Assembly: GCA_965235115.1 (NCBI GenBank)
Contig: OZ249437.1
Span: 47,678,001-47,742,000, forward strand
DNA: 64,000 bases
Source of the DNA: Laetmonice hystrix
Taxonomy: Eukaryota
Direction: 5' to 3'
Positions within the stretch are counted from its first letter, which is position 1, and each line of letters starts with the position of its first letter. Both the position numbers and the translations under genes were made by a program. Shown here piece by piece: positions 50,172-61,333 of the stretch. Under the pieces are notes generated by a model that did not search any database, had not been told where the DNA came from, and worked only from the letters and a program-made list of their open reading frames with translations.

Positions 50172-52819
50172 AGCAGCAGGGGTAGAGACATGGTTTTCAG
50201 GGAGGTCTAGGGACCAAGGTTACGGGGGTTGTTACCACTGGATTTCGTGGCGATAATACGACGGAGAGATCTACATCGACGTTGAGGGTGGAACTGTCAG
50301 GAATAACAAAGAATCAAAACGAGTGCGCATGATAACTATCAAATATCTAACATTAAACGTTATCATGATGACCACACTGACCACCTGACTCATTCCTATC
50401 TCCCAACTGAGAGAAATGTGCATGGAGAGAACAAGTAGGAGCCATATCCACACCGACTCTCATTTATATTCTCACTAACCGTTTCCTTTAACTCACACAA
50501 GAAAAGAATGGCTCCGAACGATGCTGCGATAATTGCTAAATGGATCTGAAGTAACAGCTCATCACCGATGTACGATAACTAGCTTATATTGCACATCCTT
50601 GGAAAAGCAGCCTTCTGTATAGATGGAAGGGTGATGGTGATTTCCCTGAGGGAAACGCCTTCACGTAACCTTCCTCAGTAGAAGGCTGGGAGTATGTGAC
50701 CTGCTAGACCGACGAATTGGCCCAAGATGAAACCAAATACAAAGCAGGCGGAAGTTATTGGCCGAGCTCGTAAAGCAGCAGTCGGCTGCACTGTCGTGAT
50801 AACTTCTTTATACTGACAGCCACAAGATGAGATAAGAGTACTTTAACTTGATTCATTGGCAGCATCATACTCTTTCAACTCAGCCGACCAATACGTAATT
50901 GGTATATTACTTTCTTTCTGCCATGCCCCTTTGAAGAACCTAACAGATACAGCAGGTTCGACTTTCTCGTTCAACTGTTAATGTCTCCGATCTATTCAGA
51001 CATGAAGTTCTCCGAGTGTTTTTACTAATTGTGTTTATCGAATTAGTTACGGTAACTTTACACTCTTGCTGTGGCTATACATTATTATAGACAGAGATTC
51101 GGAGATTATCGGCGATTTATAGATAAAGTGAGCACCTAATGATCTCACTCGCTCACACAACTTTACAATACAGTCAATATGTCAATTGGTCAGTACGAAT
51201 TCCGGTGACCCAATTTTCGCTACCTTCATGCTGAGAACATTTCTACTTCAAACTAATTCAGTCTATTTGAGATGATGAAGACGATAGGATTTACACTTGG
51301 ACACGATTCCTCACTGGTTTCGAATAGGAGGCAAGGATTTGTTTACATTCGACATACTACACAAAGTGCTACCCGATCAGCCTTTGATAAACCAGACGGG
51401 AACACTGGCCGCAACAATGTTGTATAGTGTCTCCAAAAATGAATTCACGGGGATATAATACATTGGTTAAACCTTGCACCATGAAATTATGAATATCTGC
51501 AAAAGACCAGTATGGAAAAATATGGAAAATACCCATTCCTCGATTATCACTGGGCTCCCGAGTCCCAAATCCCAAAAGTCGACACCCACAGGACTTCATC
51601 GGATCAAAACAGAACCCCTTCAGGTATAGAACATGGAACATGGACAAGTCTGAAAGGAGAGGTGGCCCCTGTACCGTGAGTTCAATCTCCATTAGTTGGT
51701 TCACTCTATGTCCGCTTCCGCCGTGCTTGGTGTGATGTAGACACAGACAGGTGCGACAGCGGCGACTGCCTGTGGCAGTTACAGGTAAATTGAAATTCGA
51801 GATGTCCAAGGACGGCACATCCATCGCATTATGGGACGGCCAATTTAAGGATGTGAAATTGGAATCATGCAGCGGCGAAACAACTTTGTGAAGTGAAAAT
51901 TTGATTTTTTTTTCTGTACTCCTATACGTTCTGAACTTTGCCGAAGTTACATTGCACAACAATCCTTTGTAAAAGAGTGGTTTAGAATTAACTCACTGTA
52001 TGAGTGAATAATAAATAACAAGTTGCTGTATGAACCAATAAAGTCCCGAGCAAAAAGCTCTTTCATGAAATCGACCAAATGGACAGATTGGAAACTAATA
52101 TTGGTAATGATAGTGTTTTTTTGTTTTGGGGGGATAAAATGTCCAATAATTATTCCAAACGCACGTAATTCTTAACAACATCCGGCGACCCTCATTAAAG
52201 CATAATGTACTCCTAGAGACCGGGTCCAATCTTGCTTCATTTTTTTCGAGTGACATCAGTCTCAACCTCGTGCGCTCAGGTAATATCCACTAACAAGATC
52301 ATATTTTATGCTAAAACGCGTTTGTGGCACTCGTTCAGTTTCCATGATGTCACGAAGCATAGTCTGTTAGACCTATATCTGCATGGAAAATTTGAAAGGA
52401 ATTGAACGGTCTACGCCTTATGCCACAGAAGCTTGGACAGCAAGACAGCGTGAGGTGCTGTCGGTATGTGTGAATGATAGATAAGGCAAGGCCACCCTCA
52501 CCAAGTGCTGCCTAGAACAATAGATCTATGACAAGAACATTCTGCCAGCTTGGGTTAGACGTCTGGGTGGTGGAGCTGTGACTGTGACCGAACCTGAGGG
52601 AGCCAGATACCGTCACAGGGCCCTCCCGTCACAGGGCATGTCACAGGGCCCTCCCGTCACAGGGCATGTCACAGGGCCCTCCCGCCACACAGCCCGCCAC
52701 AGAGCCGCCGCCTGGGAAAACCTGCACGTAAATCATCGACCACCACACTCAATTACCGCTACTCACCATAACCTGCGGAACACCTTCAAGCTAGTGTGGC
52801 AACCTTCCTGACGGGAAAA

Positions 52820-53222
52820 AGCTCTTCGTGCTGCGCAGGAACTTTTTACCTTGACCTGTTTAAGATATTATTTCTGACGTCTTAGGATTGGCTCCAGCAA
52901 GCTCTTCGTGCTGCACAGAAACTTTTTAACTTTATCTTTATAAGATATTATTTCTGACGTCTTAGGATTGGCTCCAGCAAGCTCTTCGTGCTGCACAGAA
53001 ACTTTTTAACTCTATCTTTTTAAGATATTATTTCTGACGTCTTAGGATTGGCTCCAGCAAGCTCTTCGTGCTGCACAGAAACTTTTTACCTTGACCTGTT
53101 TAAGATATTATTTCTATTATTTCTGACGTCTTAGGATTGGCTCCAGCAAGCTCTTCGTGCTGCACAGAAACTTTTTAACTTTATCTTTTTAAGATATTAT
53201 TTCTGACGTCTTAGGATTGGCT
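52820..53222. repeat. 80-bp minisatellite, ~5 copies
   Basis: GCTCTTCGTGCTGC at 52821, 52901, 52981, 53061 and 53150 (the preceding unit has a 9-bp duplication). Confidence 0.95.
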
Positions 53223-54896
53223 ATAGCTAAGCTAGTAAGCTATCATTCAAGACTTTCCTTCTTTGAAGTCATGTGTGAGTGCGTCTGTGTCTATATTTGC
53301 AATCTTAAGTTCATGTTGCCGAGCTGATTGATTGCCCGTATGACAAGCTTACAATGATAGAATATTCTCAGCGTGTCACTATGATGAAGACTGACTAAAC
53401 ATTTGAACGTACGTGTGCACCGTCCGTCCGCAGCCAGCGAGCTGCTGACCAGAACACTGGTCAATCTGTGCGGCAGATGGCTGCCACAAACACCCTCCCT
53501 CACTGCCTAATGCACCTCCTTCAACACTTGACCCCCATACAGGATAGAAACAATTCATTTCTCATGAGACCTAGCGATGAAGACATCGCAATATGAGCCG
53601 TTATCTGCCACACATCGGCCTCCCTGTGATGATTGATCACCCAGTATTTCCTCTAAATACATTAGGCATGCGATAAGGTTATATGTTGATTTGGGAGACC
53701 TTAAAGCTCTTTCATCTATTTTATCATCCTCTGGGATTAAATTTCACATCTGTGACGTTCATTCACCGCCTACAAAAAGAGATGGATGGGGAAAACGTTG
53801 TCACCAACTGCAACCATTGGTCTTCAAGTGGGATTTTCTTTCAAAATGCGCCATACCTCAGTGATGGCACTGTACGATTAGCAGACTTGTTAGATAGAAT
53901 TACTTCTGATTCGAATCCTAACATTGGTCATCAAGTTTGCTGGAATAAAATGAGAGAAGTGGTCCTTATTAGCCTATTTGACATGGTTTCTAACCTGGGA
54001 CTGTGTAGAGGGGAGGTTCTGTTCCGGAATGATCAGTAAGATGACGGTAGTGGCTCCTTCATCCACCACCGACCGTCCGTCTCAATGATTGCCTTCCTAT
54101 CTCACTCACAACCAGGCCTTCTCCGCCACTAACTGTCAGAACTGGATAACTCCACTAAAGTCATTCCCCCGCTAACCACAACGATGGAAACAGTTTATTC
54201 TGATCTTAATGACGGAACCCAAGGGTTTGCTTGACCTCCAGATTAATTCCGTTACGGTATGGTCTCAGAGCACATCACGAACTTAATCAAAACAGTGCAT
54301 GCACGGTACACTTTATGCCAAGGTCAATTGCTGGTTCTATTGGTCGTACTTTTATATATCGTACAACTGACACATGTAGACCGCTTAGATTGTGATATAT
54401 CTTTATTTCATTACACCTAGAACCAAACAACGTTCCTTCACATCAATTGTAATTTCATGGCAGCAATCCTTAAAGGGCCTCGACATAAGCCACCTTTAGA
54501 CTCTATGCGCCTTTCTGCCACCCAAAAATTACCAATGATCTAGTAAGGCATTCGCTTCTTGAAGACCTGTTAATTGCGCAAAAGTTTGAAACACTGTGCT
54601 AAATTAATGTGCTTAAACACACTCACAATACGTTTTTCATACCCGACCCCCCGTAAATGATATACTTTTTCCAAACGTCGACTTGAAGAGGATACATTTA
54701 AGTTAGGACATGAAGGCGTACCTGTAAGCGGACGGGTCAAGGTGTTAATCAACGACATAAGCCAGGTAGACAGAATGGTTCTCACCATTAGGACACACTC
54801 TCCAGCCAACCATAATCTCGTATAGCGACGAGCATGACTATCTATCGTACTCGTCAACACCTGCCACGCCTGTACATCATCATAAGGCGGGGGTAA

Positions 54897-55945
54897 GTCA
54901 CCTTGCTGCACGTTATTATGACCATAGCTGTGTGACTTAAGATTGGTTCCTTAGATACGGGTGTCACCCTGCTGCACGTTATTATGACCATAGCTGTGTG
55001 ACTTACGATTAGTTCTTTAGATACGGGTGTCACCCTGCTGCACGTTTTTATGACCATAGCTGTGTGACTTACGATTGGTTCTTCAGATACGGGTGTCACC
55101 CTGCTGCACGTCATTATGACCATAGCTGTGTGACTTAAGATTGGTTCCTTAGATACGGGTGTCACCCTGCTGCACGTTATTATGACCATAGCTGTGTGAC
55201 TTACGATTAGTTCTTTAGATACGGGTGTCACCCTGCTGCACGTTTTTATGACCATAGCTGTGTGACTTACGATTGGTTCTTTAGATACGGGTGTCACCCT
55301 GCTGCACGTCATTATGACCATAGCTGTGTGACTTAAGATTGGTTCCTTAGATACGGGTGTCACCCTGCTGCACGTTATTATGACCATAGCTGTGTGACTT
55401 AAGATTGGTTCTTTAGATACGGGTGTCACCCTGCTGCACGTTATTATGACCATAGCTGTGTGACTTACGATTGGTTCTTTAGATACGGGTGTCACCCTGC
55501 TGCACGTTATTATGACCATAGCTGTGTGACTTACGATTGGTTCTTTAGATACTGGTGTCACCCTGCTGCACGTTATTATGACCATAGCTGTGTGACTTAA
55601 GATTGGTTCCTTAGATACGGGTGTCACCCTGCTGCACGTTATTATAACCATAGCTGTGTGACTTAAGATTGGTTCCTTAGATACGGGTGTCACCCTGCTG
55701 CACGTTATTATGACCATAGCTGTGTAACTTAAGATTGGTTCCTTAGATACGGGTGTGTCACCCAGCTGCACGTTATTATGACCATAGCTGTGTGACTTAA
55801 GATTGGTTCCTTAGATACGGGTGTCACCCTGCTGCACGTTATTATGACCATAGCTGTGTGACTTAAGATTGGTTCCTTAGATACGGGGTCACCATACTGC
55901 ACGTTATTATGACCATAGCTGTGTGACTTACGATTAGTTCTTATA
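54897..55945. repeat. 66-bp minisatellite, ~16 copies
   Basis: Unit GTGTCACCCTGCTGCACGTTATTATGACCATAGCTGTGTGACTTAAGATTGGTTCCTTAGATACGG (54961, 55027...). Variants repeat at 198 bp. Confidence 0.97.
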
Positions 55946-56000
55946 CTAACTCAGACATGCCACCCTGCTGCAGCAGTTACAACCATAGCTATGTGAGCCA

Positions 56001-56396
56001 TGTATATGTCGTGGCCCAGATCCCAATCTGGCCCAGTTGCCAATTGGTCCGGACCAGATGTCAATTGGGATCTGGTCCGGCCCAGATACCAATTGGGATC
56101 TGGTCCGGACCAGTTGCCAACTGGACCGGACCAGATCACAATTGACATCTGGGCTGGCCTGGATGCCAATTGGGATCTGGGCCGGACCAATTGGAAACTG
56201 GACCGGACCAGATCACAATTGGCATCTGGGCTGGCCTGGATGCCAATCGAGGTTTTCAGTCATAAGATTGGAATCTGGTCCGGACCAGTTGGCAACTGGT
56301 CCAGACGAAATAATAATTTCAATCTGGTCCAGCCCAGATCCCAATCCAATGACTCTTGGTCCAGATCCAAATCCTGGTTCCTCATCATGGATTTAA
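56001..56396 (+). repeat. Left terminal inverted repeat
   Basis: Reverse complement of 60938-61333 with only a few mismatches seen. Contains repeated CTGGTCCGGACCAG and CCAATTGG palindromes. Confidence 0.95.
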
Positions 56397-57243
56397 AAAC
56401 GTCGGAAGGTAGGGGCCCTCCCACAAAAAAATTTTGAATTTAAAAGGCAAAGAAACGCAATCCCAGCCTCTGGAGATAGAACTTGTAAAGCTTCTCAAAG
56501 CACTAAAGGCCTAGCCTATGTACCAATAACATGCGCTGGGGTCCTCCCCAGAATATTTTTGAATTTAGAAGGCCAAAAACGCCATTTCTTGACCAAAATA
56601 AGGGGGGTCCAGGGGGTCTGGACACGCCCCTAAGGGGGGAACATGGGTCGGAGGGGTCGGTCTGAAGGTGGACACCCTGCAGACACGAGCTGGACCCACT
56701 ATCCCCTATCTGATCGCTGTCAGGGGGGACCGGATCCCCCTGTCAGGGGGGATATGGGTCCAGGGGGTGGTTCATTCCAACACCCCCTGGCTACGGGCCA
56801 TTTTTTGTCAATGTGAAATAAAATAAATCTAAAAAGAAATATGATTGTGAGAATGTTTTTCTTCTGTATGGAAAGGAGTCTGGACATTAATTAATCGCTC
56901 TGTTGTCTTCAGTAGTCAGAAGTGTTGTGCTGACCTTGCACACACCCAGACTTCTGCCGAGCCGTTAGTAACACTTTCCCATTGTTTCCAAGATCTAAGA
57001 GACTACCCTACTTTGTAGTGACTATTGTTCCTTCCAAGCTGCCAGAATCGGGGCCTTTGCTGAAGGCCGGGTGTGAGAATCTTGGGCTGGGTTGCGGCTG
57101 ACACTCAGTGACGAGTGAATTTGACTGGGAGGTGTAAAGAGGCTGTGAAAAACAGGTACGGCCAGAGAGTCGCAGCTTGAGGACATCAAATAAACATTAA
57201 AGAGGAAGGTGTGACACACTAGGGCCTAAATTAGAGTACATGT

Positions 57244-57300
57244 GATTGGCTACTAGGCCTGGTAGGGTATATAAGGGGTGCAGTTTCATAAGCAGTTCAT
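57244..57300 (+). promoter_or_regulatory. Putative transposase promoter
   Basis: Reverse CCAAT (ATTGG ~57245), TATATAAG at 57268-57275 and Inr-like CAGTT at 57293, just upstream of the ATG at 57315. Confidence 0.55.
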
Positions 57301-57314
57301 TACACATTGTCGCA

Positions 57315-57516
57315 ATGGAGCAGAAGGAGCAGTTTTACGAGTTGCTGGATACCCACATGGCCACACTCTGTGACCAGAAGAGAGACAAGTACGTCATCAC
57401 CCAAGCGACGTATGCTAAGGCCATCTCAGCATTGAATTTGGCTAAGGGTACCAAGTGCCCTGATGGTTCATATTTTAAGTTTTGGTGCAACAACAGTTTC
57501 CAGACCCAGGACATAG
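57315..57516 (+). CDS. Transposase exon 1
   Basis: ATG 57315; MEQKEQFYELLDTH...FKFWCNNSFQTQDI; donor G|GTGAGT. Confidence 0.8.
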
Positions 57517-60378
57517 GTGAGTATTGGACAGGTATAATCATTTAAATGCTATTAGATCTAAAAGGTTTCTGGCTGGTAAATTTGAGACGCCGTTGGCATA
57601 TTGAACGTCTTGGTATTGCAATTTCAAACTTTACTACAAGAAAGTGAACTTATTTTAAACCAGCAACAGTTTCTGAACCATTCATAATTTCACGGATATA
57701 AGACATTATGCCATCAGTGTGTACCACATGTCTTCCCGCGTCCTTGTTCATTATTTACTGTGTGCTTGACATGATCTTTCTTTTCGTGCAGGTACCGAAA
57801 CCATTCTTTACTGTAAGAAGACGAACTTGCCTGTCACCACCAAAGAAGATCTGTACAGTGTGATCCATCAGAGTCACCAACGTGTGGGCCACTGCGGCCG
57901 TACAAAAACATTTGATGAAGTCAAGAACAACTACAGCTGGGTCCCCCGAAATGCAGTGGCGTTCTACCTGCAGACATGCCAGACCTGCAAGATTCGCGCG
58001 CCACTAAAGCAGCCCATATCCGCCAAGCCCATCATCTCCCTTGGTTTTCTCACCAGAGTCCAAGTTGACCTAATAGACATGACAAGCCGTCCAGATGGTG
58101 AGAATAAATGGATTTTACATGCTAGAGACCATTTCTCGAAATACTCATGGACCTTCGCCCTGACGTCCAAAAGAGCCACTGAGGTACAGTTCATCTCTTT
58201 ACATATTCTATAGTTCTTGCTTTCTGTGTGTATTTTTTTGCCTGCCAGATTTCCGCATTCTGTATTTTCCGTACAAATGGCTAATAATATTTATTATTTA
58301 CCTTTATCATCATGTTCTTAATTTGTTTTAGGTTGCTGAGAAACTTGTGACCCTCTTTACAATGTTTGGCCCTCCAAGAATACTGCAGTCAGACAACGGG
58401 AGAGAATTTGTTGCAGCAGTTATCTCAGAGCTGACCGACCTGTGGCCGGGACTACTAATAGTCCATGGGCGACCCAGACACCCTCAGAGCCAAGGCTGCG
58501 TAGAGCGTGGTATGAATTATTTTAGTAAGACATAAAGTAATACGAATGAAATTCATGATGACAACGAACAGTAATTTGTGCATAGTTCAATATACTCTCC
58601 ACTGTCATTATTTCATTCCAATGTGTCGTTTTTTATATTTCCAGGTAATGGAGACTTGCAACTAAGACTAGGAAAGTGGCTTGAGGAACAGGGTGGTACC
58701 TGGTCAACAGCTCTGCAGTTTGTTACCCATGCTATGAATACCTCAACAGCATCAGCCACCAAGAAGACACCATATGAAGTGGTCTTTGGGCAGAAGCCAC
58801 GTGCGGACTTTTTCTTGCTGCAGCAGCTCTCACAACAGGTGAGTTGGTACTATTGACTATTTGGTTCTATTGTAAGTATATTACTTTTTTTGATGTTCAT
58901 AATATATTTTGATGTATTAGGCACTCAATACTGATTTGTCATTTGAGCAGGGACCATTGCTGGAAGAGACCATAGACCCTGCACTATTTGAAACTGAGGC
59001 CGATCAACAAGAAGGACCCCACAGAATTGTAAGTAATTATGTCCAATTAAAGAGAATAACTGATCTTTTCTATACAGAAAATATATTATTCAGTAGTTGT
59101 ATATATGTATATTATCGAGACAGAGAGCGACAGAGTCAAATAATGCAAATGCATTTTTTACCTGTCACAATGTACTCGAACTACTCAAGTTAACACTGCT
59201 TCATAACCATATTTCAGGAAGAGCCCCATGCATCTGCAGCGACTAATCTACCCCAGATGTCCACAGCCTCAGTCTCTGGCAGCGACTGTTCCAGCACCAG
59301 CAGCAGACTGGCAGACTTCCTGACAGAGGAGGCACCATCCACTTCACAACCAAAATCTGTCAAGCGCAGCCGTAGCTACCACATGCTACACCAAGGAAAC
59401 GCCATAGCAGAGGGTGTCAAGATCACAAATCGCAGCACTCTCCATGGTTCATCTTTTGACCAGACCACACACACTGTTATGCAGGTCATCAGCGTCATCG
59501 ACGAGTCGTTTATTCCAAGAGAACACAACCCTCAAGAAGAGCCAATCCAAGAAGACCAGTATGTCCTGTGGCCAATCGACTCCCTCCTAGACATCGACAC
59601 AGACCCTCACTCAAAACATGCCAAAGTCAGACAGCAGGCAACTGTATCCTATTTGAAAACAGGTACGTTTATATAATAGGATAATAATATTAATGTACAC
59701 TGCCGTTACAATAATTCTTCTTTGTTTAAATGTTATAATATACGATTGCTCAGGTGTTGTTTTTAATTCAAGTATAATAATATATGTCTTCATTTACAGC
59801 TAGGCGTCAGAACCAACAGCACAAGCAACTGAGCCAAGAGAAGGAGTTTTCCATTGGGGATACTGTTGGTATCCGTATCAACAATGCTGATCGTACCAAC
59901 ACTGGTAAGTTTTTGTACTGTGAGATAAAACGTTGTACGAGTCATGGTACGTCAGAAATACGTAAATGCGATTGAGCCCGGGACTTGGTATCACTAAGTC
60001 TAATAAAACATATTGTTACTTTTGCATGTATTTGCAGATGCCCGAATACTGCCGTGTCGAATACTGCACAAGGAGCCAAGTTCCCGTACCCCCTTCAAAG
60101 TGTATTCGGCCACCGGAGTCATCACAACTTCATTTTCGGCAGCAGACCTGACGGACATGAAGTCTGTTCATTTTCCTTCCCTGGCGAAGGCGGTCCCCAG
60201 CGATCTTCCAGAGGTGTCCCTCATCCAGGCCAGCAGGGACCAAACCCGATACCGAAAGGCATCCAAGTGCGCCTGCCGTGGGGGCTGCACTACAAACAAG
60301 TGTTGCTGCAGAAAAGGTGGATTTACATGTGCCACCAAGTGCCACCCAACCAACCAGGCGTGCCAAAACAGGTGCTAA
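57315..60378 (+). CDS. Ginger-type transposase/integrase, 8 exons, 644 aa: join(57315-57516,57792-58183,58332-58509,58645-58838,58951-59028,59218-59662,59800-59904,60038-60378)
   Basis: All 7 introns are GT-AG and phases close to 1935 nt with no internal stop. HHCC finger (H..VGH...CQTC), D (QVDLID), D (SDNGREF), E (SQGCVERGN), TPYEVVFG, GDTVGIRI..ADRTN, and C-terminal CACRGGCTTNKCCCRKGGFTCATKCH. Confidence 0.9.
57792..58183 (+). CDS. Transposase exon 2 (HHCC zinc finger, first catalytic D)
   Basis: HQSHQRVGHCGRTKT...CQTC; RVQVDLIDM...RDHFSKYSW. Confidence 0.92.
58332..58509 (+). CDS. Transposase exon 3 (second D and catalytic E)
   Basis: FGPPRILQSDNGREF...HGRPRHPQSQGCVER. Confidence 0.93.
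58645..58838 (+). CDS. Transposase exon 4
   Basis: NGDLQLRLGKW...AMNTS...TKKTPYEVVFGQKP. Confidence 0.92.
58951..59028 (+). CDS. Transposase exon 5 (acidic linker)
   Basis: 78 bp, phase 0-0, AG/GTAAGT sites; GPLLEETIDPALFETEADQQEGPHRI. Confidence 0.75.
59218..59662 (+). CDS. Transposase exon 6 (Ser-rich linker plus inserted globular module)
   Basis: 445-bp open frame between atttcAG and G|GTACG. Confidence 0.8.
59800..59904 (+). CDS. Transposase exon 7
   Basis: RRQNQQHKQLSQEKEFSIGDTVGIRINNADRTNT; catttacAG and G|GTAAGT sites. Confidence 0.85.
60038..60378 (+). CDS. Transposase exon 8 (C-terminal CXC domain)
   Basis: ARILPCRIL...KCACRGGCTTNKCCCRKGGFTCATKCHPTNQACQNRC*. Confidence 0.88.
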
Positions 60379-60668
60379 GAATGTATAATTCTAGATTGTA
60401 ATAACCTTTTTGAGATGGTCTTTCTTATGTAATTTTATTTGTGTCATTAGTTCACTTTAATTTGTACAGTGTATTTTGAATAATATATGCATTCACTATT
60501 TCATAAAACCTCTTGTTCATTTAAAACAACTGGCAGTAGGGAGAGGTCAGTAGTTATTCGATGAATTATTACTTTTGTAATTTGTATCTATTCGAATGTA
60601 ACTATTTGCCATTACTAAGATATTACTACCCGGTATATGTCTATAGTATAAAGTGAACATGTATTTTT

Positions 60669-60674
60669 AATAAA
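60669..60674 (+). terminator. Candidate polyadenylation signal of the transposase transcript
   Basis: AATAAA ~290 bp after the stop and inside the right TIR boundary. The region is AT-rich, so this is not unique. Confidence 0.4.
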
Positions 60675-60937
60675 CATTTGTATTGACCTGAGGTGGTTTT
60701 GGTTAAAATGTGATGGAGTAATGTGACAATGTGCTGTGTAGGAAATAAAATAGTCCATGGAATGTCCTTGGTATAAAACGAGCATGTATTTTTCAAAAAC
60801 CTTTGAGGAGGGGGTTGCAATGCGATGGAGTGTTATTTAATTAGGTATTTTCTATTTATTTATTTTAACTAGGCCTATTTTCGTTTACAATGCCATGTGT
60901 ATCTGAAATAAAATACATAAAAAGAAACTCGATTTTA

Positions 60938-61333
60938 TTAAATCCATGATGAGGAACCAGGATTTGGATCTGGACCAAGAGTCATTGGATTGGGATCTGG
61001 GCTGGACCAGATTGAAATTATTATTTCGTCTGGACCAGTTGCCAACTGGTCCGGACCAGATTCCAATCTTATGACTGAAAACCTCGATTGGCATCCAGGC
61101 CAGCCCAGATGCCAATTGTGATCTGGTCCGGTCCAGTTTCCAATTGGTCCGGCCCAGATCCCAATTGGCATCCAGGCCAGCCCAGATGTCAATTGTGATC
61201 TGGTCCGGTCCAGTTGGCAACTGGTCCGGACTAGATCCCAATTGGTATCTGGGCCGGACCAGATCCCAATTGGGATCTGGTCCGGACCAATTGGCAACTG
61301 GGCCAGATTGGGATCTGGGCCACGACACATACA
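60938..61333 (-). repeat. Right terminal inverted repeat
   Basis: Mirror of 56001-56396, same length. Confidence 0.95.

Larger units (their letters stand above)
56001..61333 (+). mobile_element. Ginger-type (Gypsy-integrase-like DDE) DNA transposon, apparently full-length and intact
   Basis: ~396-bp near-identical TIRs beginning TGT. Encloses one spliced integrase/transposase gene with no gag, RT or RNase H. Alternative inner termini TGTCGTGG (56007) / CCACGACA (61327) give TATA/CATA 4-bp flanks. Confidence 0.85.

Noticed and set aside
5811-55771. Long ORFs in the track at 5.8-6.7, 17.0-17.6, 28.0-28.5, 33.0-33.5, 39.0-40.9 and 54.9-55.8 kb
   Set aside because: They are translations of tandem repeats. 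They are open in several frames or both strands, lack splice or start context, and show no domain signature.
56000-56437. ORFs in both TIRs (WSGPDQ-type repeats)
   Set aside because: They are mirror-image products of the palindromic TIR motifs.
57315-60378. LTR retrotransposon or Maverick interpretation of the integrase
   Set aside because: Flanks are inverted rather than direct repeats, there is no gag/RT/RNase H or polB/ATPase, and the gene has seven spliceosomal introns.
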